DNA of 20,000 nt from IMG/VR virus record IMGVR_UViG_3300021389_002231. The stretch is one strand, 5' to 3'. Numbering within the stretch: the stretch's first letter is position 1; each line of letters begins with the position of its first letter. This stretch comes from an uncultured virus (IMG/VR IMGVR_UViG_3300021389_002231). Lineage: Duplodnaviria > Heunggongvirae > Uroviricota > Caudoviricetes. The notes beneath the pieces are model-generated. The model was given only the letters and a program-made list of their open reading frames with translations. It was not told the origin of the DNA and did not search any database. Below are positions 16,299 to 20,000 of the stretch, in pieces. The position numbers and the translations under genes were made by a program.

Positions 16299-17129
16299 CT
16301 ATTTATGAAGTATAGTATCTACAGTTTCAGTTCCAGTATTTCTATGAACTTCTATAACTTTTCCAGTATGATCAAAGTCAAAAGAAGTTGTACCAATTTG
16401 TATGTGGTCATGTTGTAAATCTTGCCATGCATCAATGGCATATGATCTCCACATATTTTTGTGTTCTAAAAATGTACTGCCTTCACTAAATCTCATAAAC
16501 TGCCAAAACTTATCAGTATGAATATGACTCCAATCCCATTCGTAGTCTTGTGCATGTGTTCTTATACGTTCTGCTTCTGTTTTAGGGAAAGCTGAATATG
16601 TTTCTACTTCTAGTTTCTTTACTAATACTTGGTTAACGTGGAATTCTTTTTGAGCAGTTGCTCTATCTTTGATAACAAAACAATCACCCGGTGGCTGAAA
16701 TCCAGGCTCATCAAAGTGTATGTAAATTGTTTTTATTTTCTCATATCCACATAACCATAATGCCATAAGTCTACCACTACCTGGGTGTACTCTATATCGC
16801 TTATGCCAAGGTTCGTGTAATATTTGTGGATGAAATATAAGTTCATTGTAGTTAATCATTTCACACAAGTAAAATATTTTACTTACATCTTCTACAATAT
16901 CTCTGTATTCCATTGAGTTGTCTGTAATACCTGCATCGCTGAATTCCATTACTGCATCAAATGGAACTTGTCTAAATTCTTCTAATTTGTGTACTATATC
17001 ATGCAAAGGTGAATGTAATATGTCCCAATCTACGTAACTAGACGCAAGAAAACCACCCAATTTTTGGTGATTCTTTAGCCAGTGATCAAACATATATTCT
17101 CCTACGTATTGTTTCATATATGTGGACAT
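16299..17129 (-). CDS. Hypothetical protein with a possible ParB/Srx-like domain
   Basis: HPQIL...YRVHPGSGRLMALWLCGYEKIKTI resembles the ParB-like GxxR motif. Confidence 0.5.
   Translation of the reverse strand: MSTYMKQYVGEYMFDHWLKNHQKLGGFLASSYVDWDILHSPLHDIVHKLEEFRQVPFDAVMEFSDAGITDNSMEYRDIVEDVSKIFYLCEMINYNELIFHPQILHEPWHKRYRVHPGSGRLMALWLCGYEKIKTIYIHFDEPGFQPPGDCFVIKDRATAQKEFHVNQVLVKKLEVETYSAFPKTEAERIRTHAQDYEWDWSHIHTDKFWQFMRFSEGSTFLEHKNMWRSYAIDAWQDLQHDHIQIGTTSFDFDHTGKVIEVHRNTGTETVDTILHK
16300..16307 (-). promoter_or_regulatory. T4-late-like motif CATAAATA, 5 nt before an ATG
   Basis: CATAAATA-GTAGT-ATG with no Shine-Dalgarno sequence. Confidence 0.5.
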
Positions 17130-17130
17130 C

Positions 17131-17835
17131 TTATGCCTCGCATATGATACCCGCTATATTTGTATGCCAATCTTCACCAGGATGATCGTTATCCCTTGCT
17201 GGTGGAAATTCTGCTTTTGATAAATCAGATATAGTTAATTGATTTATCTTTATATTATTAACAACACAATATGAAGTTAATAACATCTTATTCTTTTTAA
17301 AGTTATATTCATCTGCACTACTGTTTGATAGCATTGCATGATTACTTGCCCAAGTTGGGTTTTTAAGTTCTTCTTTGATAGCTTTATCTGATAAACTTCT
17401 AAACTTATCTAGTCCACCATCAGCATTAATATGTTCTCTGCGTTCTTTAAAAGTCCACAACACATATATTTGTTCAGGCTTAAATGTCTTACAATATGTA
17501 ATTGCCAGCCTTGCTATTTGATCGTTGCTTGCACCATTTTGTCCAATATTTACAACGCCTAGCATACTTGGCCATGTAAAGTTGACTCCATACCCAAATG
17601 TGTAACTACAACCAAATGCCGCGGTTGCTCCCATTTCAGGAACTCGTTTGCCTCTGTATCTCCAATCATTGATAAAGTACTCTACACTGTCTTTGGTATA
17701 ACCGCTGGCACACCCTAGTTTTTCTTCACCCTCATCGATCCAATTTGTTTTACCAGGATCATCATGTCCTAATGTGAAGGTACCGAACCAGTTAGATTCA
17801 GTATACCTTGCTTCTTTGAAATCTTTTGGATTCAT
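17131..17835 (-). CDS. SGNH/GDSL hydrolase-like protein
   Basis: AFGCSYTFG (block I), NIGQNGASN (block II), DNDHPG (DxxH, block V). Confidence 0.7.
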   Translation of the reverse strand: MNPKDFKEARYTESNWFGTFTLGHDDPGKTNWIDEGEEKLGCASGYTKDSVEYFINDWRYRGKRVPEMGATAAFGCSYTFGYGVNFTWPSMLGVVNIGQNGASNDQIARLAITYCKTFKPEQIYVLWTFKERREHINADGGLDKFRSLSDKAIKEELKNPTWASNHAMLSNSSADEYNFKKNKMLLTSYCVVNNIKINQLTISDLSKAEFPPARDNDHPGEDWHTNIAGIICEA

Positions 17836-17841
17836 TTCATA

Positions 17842-18501
17842 TTAGTTCCATTTATAAAACACATGCGAGCCAACTATTGTTACTTTCGCCATTCCACGAC
17901 TATTTGCCCAATAAGGTAAAACAGTTGTAGCATGATAATGTGTTGCACCTTCAGTAATATCAATTGCTCCATTTGTTGTAAAATCATCTAATATAATATG
18001 TGCAATTTCTTTTGCAATATGAAGTGATTCTTCATCGTACATCACGTCAGCTTTCCCATCACAATACCAACTAAACTGACATTTATTTTTAACAGGAAAA
18101 TACTTACGATCGTTGTCTGCAATTTTTGGGTTATCTCTTGTTTTCCAACTTTCACGAACTGGACCTTGTTTAACAACTCCACAAACTGAATCAGGATAAC
18201 GTGAATCCATAACACGATTTATTACTACCATGCTTGTTGCATACATACCTGCATAGCCATCGCTACGTGCCTCAAAGTACATATTCTCAGTTAAACAATC
18301 TACATCATTTTGTGAATAAAATTGAGCATCAATACCTTTATCTTCTAAAAATTCTTCGACATTGACAATTTCAATTTGAGGTTCTACACCTGTAGTATCT
18401 GCTGCGGTTGGATGAGACGGCCATACCATCGATCCTACTGCAATTATCATAATGCTTAAGATTGTTAAGCCATTAAATGTAAATGATAAGAATTTAGTCA
18501 T
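17842..18501 (-). CDS. Cell wall hydrolase, SleB/Hydrolase_2 family
   Basis: N-terminal signal/TM segment; CLTENMYFEAR, VINRV, YPDSVCGVV, CQFSWYCDG, GATHYH, HVFY. Confidence 0.92.
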   Translation of the reverse strand: MTKFLSFTFNGLTILSIMIIAVGSMVWPSHPTAADTTGVEPQIEIVNVEEFLEDKGIDAQFYSQNDVDCLTENMYFEARSDGYAGMYATSMVVINRVMDSRYPDSVCGVVKQGPVRESWKTRDNPKIADNDRKYFPVKNKCQFSWYCDGKADVMYDEESLHIAKEIAHIILDDFTTNGAIDITEGATHYHATTVLPYWANSRGMAKVTIVGSHVFYKWN

Positions 18502-18502
18502 G

Positions 18503-18715
18503 TTATGCTCCTGTTGTTTCTACCTTAACTTCATCAACCATATAGTCGATTACATCTGTAATAGATTCAAAGCCCATTAACTCCCAGGCCTCATGTGCAT
18601 CTTCAAGTTCTTTTACTGCTTGACTTTGCGTTAACTGTCCTAGTCTTACTCTGTCGATTGTAGTTTCTAGCTTCTCTTCTGCTTTATCCCACGCCCATTG
18701 CATTGATTTTGACAT
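18503..18715 (-). CDS. Hypothetical protein
   Basis: 70 aa, directly after a consensus promoter and a GAAAGG RBS. Confidence 0.75.
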   Translation of the reverse strand: MSKSMQWAWDKAEEKLETTIDRVRLGQLTQSQAVKELEDAHEAWELMGFESITDVIDYMVDEVKVETTGA

Positions 18716-18749
18716 TTAGTACCTTTCGTTTTATTGTTAATATAGTTAT

Positions 18750-18778
18750 ATTATAGCAAGATTTCTTGGTATTGTCAA
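18750..18778 (-). promoter_or_regulatory. Perfect-consensus sigma70 promoter
   Basis: TTGACA (18778-18773), 17-nt spacer ending TGC, TATAAT (18755-18750); extended -10 present. Confidence 0.88.
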
Positions 18779-18791
18779 CCTTTTTAATAAG

Positions 18792-18828
18792 AAAAAACCC
18801 TTGTAAAACTGTTGTAATACAAGGGTTT
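18792..18828 (-). terminator. Intrinsic terminator
   Basis: 11-bp stem AAACCCTTGTA/TACAAGGGTTT with a 12-nt loop, running into a T-tract on the minus strand; downstream of 18856..19077. Confidence 0.7.
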
Positions 18829-18855
18829 AGTTAGTAAATTGAAAAAACTTTACAT

Positions 18856-19077
18856 TTAGTCACGATCAAATAACTTCCACAACACTGCTGCAGCGATTAG
18901 ACCAGTAAGACCAGCTGCACCTAGTTGACCAACTATTCCGATTACAGTACCGATTACATCGCCACCTAAGAAAGGAACAGAACCACCGAATACGATTTGT
19001 AGAACGATAGCAAGGCCAATTAGCATTACGCCAATATCCATAGCACCCGAAACGGCACCTTTGATTTTATCTAACAT
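18856..19077 (-). CDS. Small Gly-rich two-TM membrane protein
   Basis: 73 aa, hydrophobic; AGGAG RBS; flanked by its own promoter motif and terminator. Confidence 0.8.
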   Translation of the reverse strand: MLDKIKGAVSGAMDIGVMLIGLAIVLQIVFGGSVPFLGGDVIGTVIGIVGQLGAAGLTGLIAAAVLWKLFDRD

Positions 19078-19101
19078 AGTTTTCTCCTATATTTTATTTT
19101 T

Positions 19102-19152
19102 ACGTGACCGACCAATTCTTCGTCATTGCTTCTGCGATCACATCAGAGCAAT
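19102..19152 (-). other. Candidate structured 5' leader RNA (pseudoknot or switch)
   Basis: Stem AUUGCU-CUG / CAG-A-AGCAAU; the 9-nt loop AUGUGAUCG is complementary to downstream CGGUCACGU (two G-U pairs). Confidence 0.45.
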
Positions 19153-19172
19153 TAATTTCTTAACCACTTGTA

Positions 19173-19180
19173 TATTTATA
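19173..19180 (-). promoter_or_regulatory. T4 late promoter consensus TATAAATA
   Basis: Exact TATAAATA in the intergenic region upstream of 18856..19077. Confidence 0.65.
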
Positions 19181-19215
19181 GTGATTTTACCCCTTTTTAA
19201 CAGTTAAGTTTACTG

Positions 19216-19377
19216 TTAATAAAATTCTTGCAATTCTGCTTCTGCGGCTACTTCTGCCATCCATTGCACTTGTTTATCTTTTAAGTGTGGTGATTTCTTT
19301 TTAATCTTTTTAACCCACGATGCTAATAATTCTTTTAGTAGTGCGTCTTTGGCAGTTTCTTCATTTGGAACAACCAT
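19216..19377 (-). CDS. Hypothetical protein (53 aa)
   Basis: Start reassigned to ATG 19377 after a GGAGAG RBS; the ATG at 19407 lies inside the promoter. Confidence 0.65.
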   Translation of the reverse strand: MVVPNEETAKDALLKELLASWVKKIKKKSPHLKDKQVQWMAEVAAEAELQEFY

Positions 19378-19398
19378 TTTACTCTCCGTATATTTAAT

Positions 19399-19426
19399 AT
19401 TATACATAAGTCAACACTATTGTCAA
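19399..19426 (-). promoter_or_regulatory. sigma70-type promoter
   Basis: TTGACA (19426-19421), 16-nt spacer, TATAAT (19404-19399). Confidence 0.72.
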
Positions 19427-19431
19427 CCTTT

Positions 19432-19533
19432 CTACCCGGCTATTGTTGAAATAACCCACAAAATAAACCAAACTACAAAATACCATTTAATAAATCTAAA
19501 AATTGCAGTCCATATTAAATCACTTGTATTCAT
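19432..19533 (-). CDS. 33-aa Trp-rich membrane peptide; not in the ORF track
   Basis: MNTSDLIWTAIFRFIKWYFVVWFILWVISTIAG*; ATGA overlap with the upstream gene; fills the gap before the promoter. Confidence 0.6.
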   Translation of the reverse strand: MNTSDLIWTAIFRFIKWYFVVWFILWVISTIAG

Positions 19534-19712
19534 TTATTTGCTACTTCCACTTGATTATAAAATGTATGTATTGCCTCGTTGGCAAATGTTATAGCCATTT
19601 TATGTGCTTCTAATTGATCTTCTAATACACTTACTCGCTTTGCTTCAACACTACTAATGAATGCAAATATAACTGCGAATGTTATTGCTACTGCTATGAT
19701 TATATTTTTCAT
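19530..19712 (-). CDS. Small protein with an N-terminal signal/TM segment
   Basis: 60 aa, beginning MKNIIIAVAITFAVIFAF; abuts the upstream stop. Confidence 0.65.
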   Translation of the reverse strand: MKNIIIAVAITFAVIFAFISSVEAKRVSVLEDQLEAHKMAITFANEAIHTFYNQVEVANK

Positions 19713-20000
19713 TTATTTGCTCCCCTTATAACATGATTTTTCAGCTAGAGTTCTATGATCTTCTGCCTCTCTTATTTTAAATTTTTCTGTGCCATATCTA
19801 GTTTTTTCAAATGCCAGTCTTATTATAATGCCAGGCGCAGAATCAATTGTTTCAGGTGCTATAGTTTTCAATAAATCTGTCATAGACATACCGTTTTGTC
19901 TGGCAAGCATTACAGTATATGCGAACTCTCCTATCACACCACAGTCAGGCACATTATTTTTTGATGTAGTTTTAGTTTTAGTTTTTGATGTAAGATTACT
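19713..20000 (-). CDS. Hypothetical protein, 5' end outside the window
   Basis: Frame is open from 20000 (SNLTSKTKTKTTSKNNVPDCG...); C...MLARQNG...C pattern suggests a disulfide-bonded exported protein. Confidence 0.65.
   Translation of the reverse strand, partial: SNLTSKTKTKTTSKNNVPDCGVIGEFAYTVMLARQNGMSMTDLLKTIAPETIDSAPGIIIRLAFEKTRYGTEKFKIREAEDHRTLAEKSCYKGSK

Noticed and set aside
19110..19150. Hammerhead ribozyme suggested by CUGAUG...CGAA
   Set aside because: The core reads CUGAUGU and CGAAG rather than CUGAnGA and GAAA, and the three stems cannot be formed.
13540..19594. ORFs 13540..13872 (-), 16227..16418 (+) and 19349..19594 (+)
   Set aside because: They overlap supported genes or promoters on the opposite strand and show no protein-like motifs.
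19968..19985. (AGTTTT)x3 tandem repeat
   Set aside because: In-frame low-complexity KTKTKT linker; too short to indicate a functional repeat.
1..20000. Stop-codon recoding, tRNAs, CRISPR arrays, introns/inteins, transposases
   Set aside because: Conserved genes are uninterrupted and end in TAA, TAG or TGA; intergenic gaps are short and show no cloverleaf or repeat-spacer pattern.

Overview
AT-rich, densely packed window from a large tailed dsDNA phage (T4-like/jumbo-type). The host is probably a marine alphaproteobacterium, inferred from how the Prs, FdxA and PepA sequences look; this was not searched. The standard genetic code fits. Most genes are on the minus strand, in units headed by near-consensus sigma70 promoters and T4-late-like (T/C/G)ATAAATA motifs. 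From left to right: (1) a MotA/TolQ-like gene with an unannotated, truncated MotB/ExbD-like partner; (2) a clamp-loader subunit and PRPP synthetase; (3) a ParB-like protein, ClpP, GroES and a stand-alone DnaE fragment; (4) a tightly coupled 5.7-kb operon with PepA, SufT, a 7Fe ferredoxin, a compact FTR1 iron permease, NfuA-like and IscA-like Fe-S carriers, APRT and MazG; (5) a tailoring-enzyme island with a minimal adenylation enzyme, a sulfotransferase-like protein, a variant flavin halogenase, GNAT-like, ParB-like and SGNH-like proteins; (6) a SleB-type cell-wall hydrolase and small membrane proteins, one preceded by a pseudoknot-like leader. No tRNA, rRNA, CRISPR array or mobile element was seen. 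All family calls come from motif recognition, not database searches.
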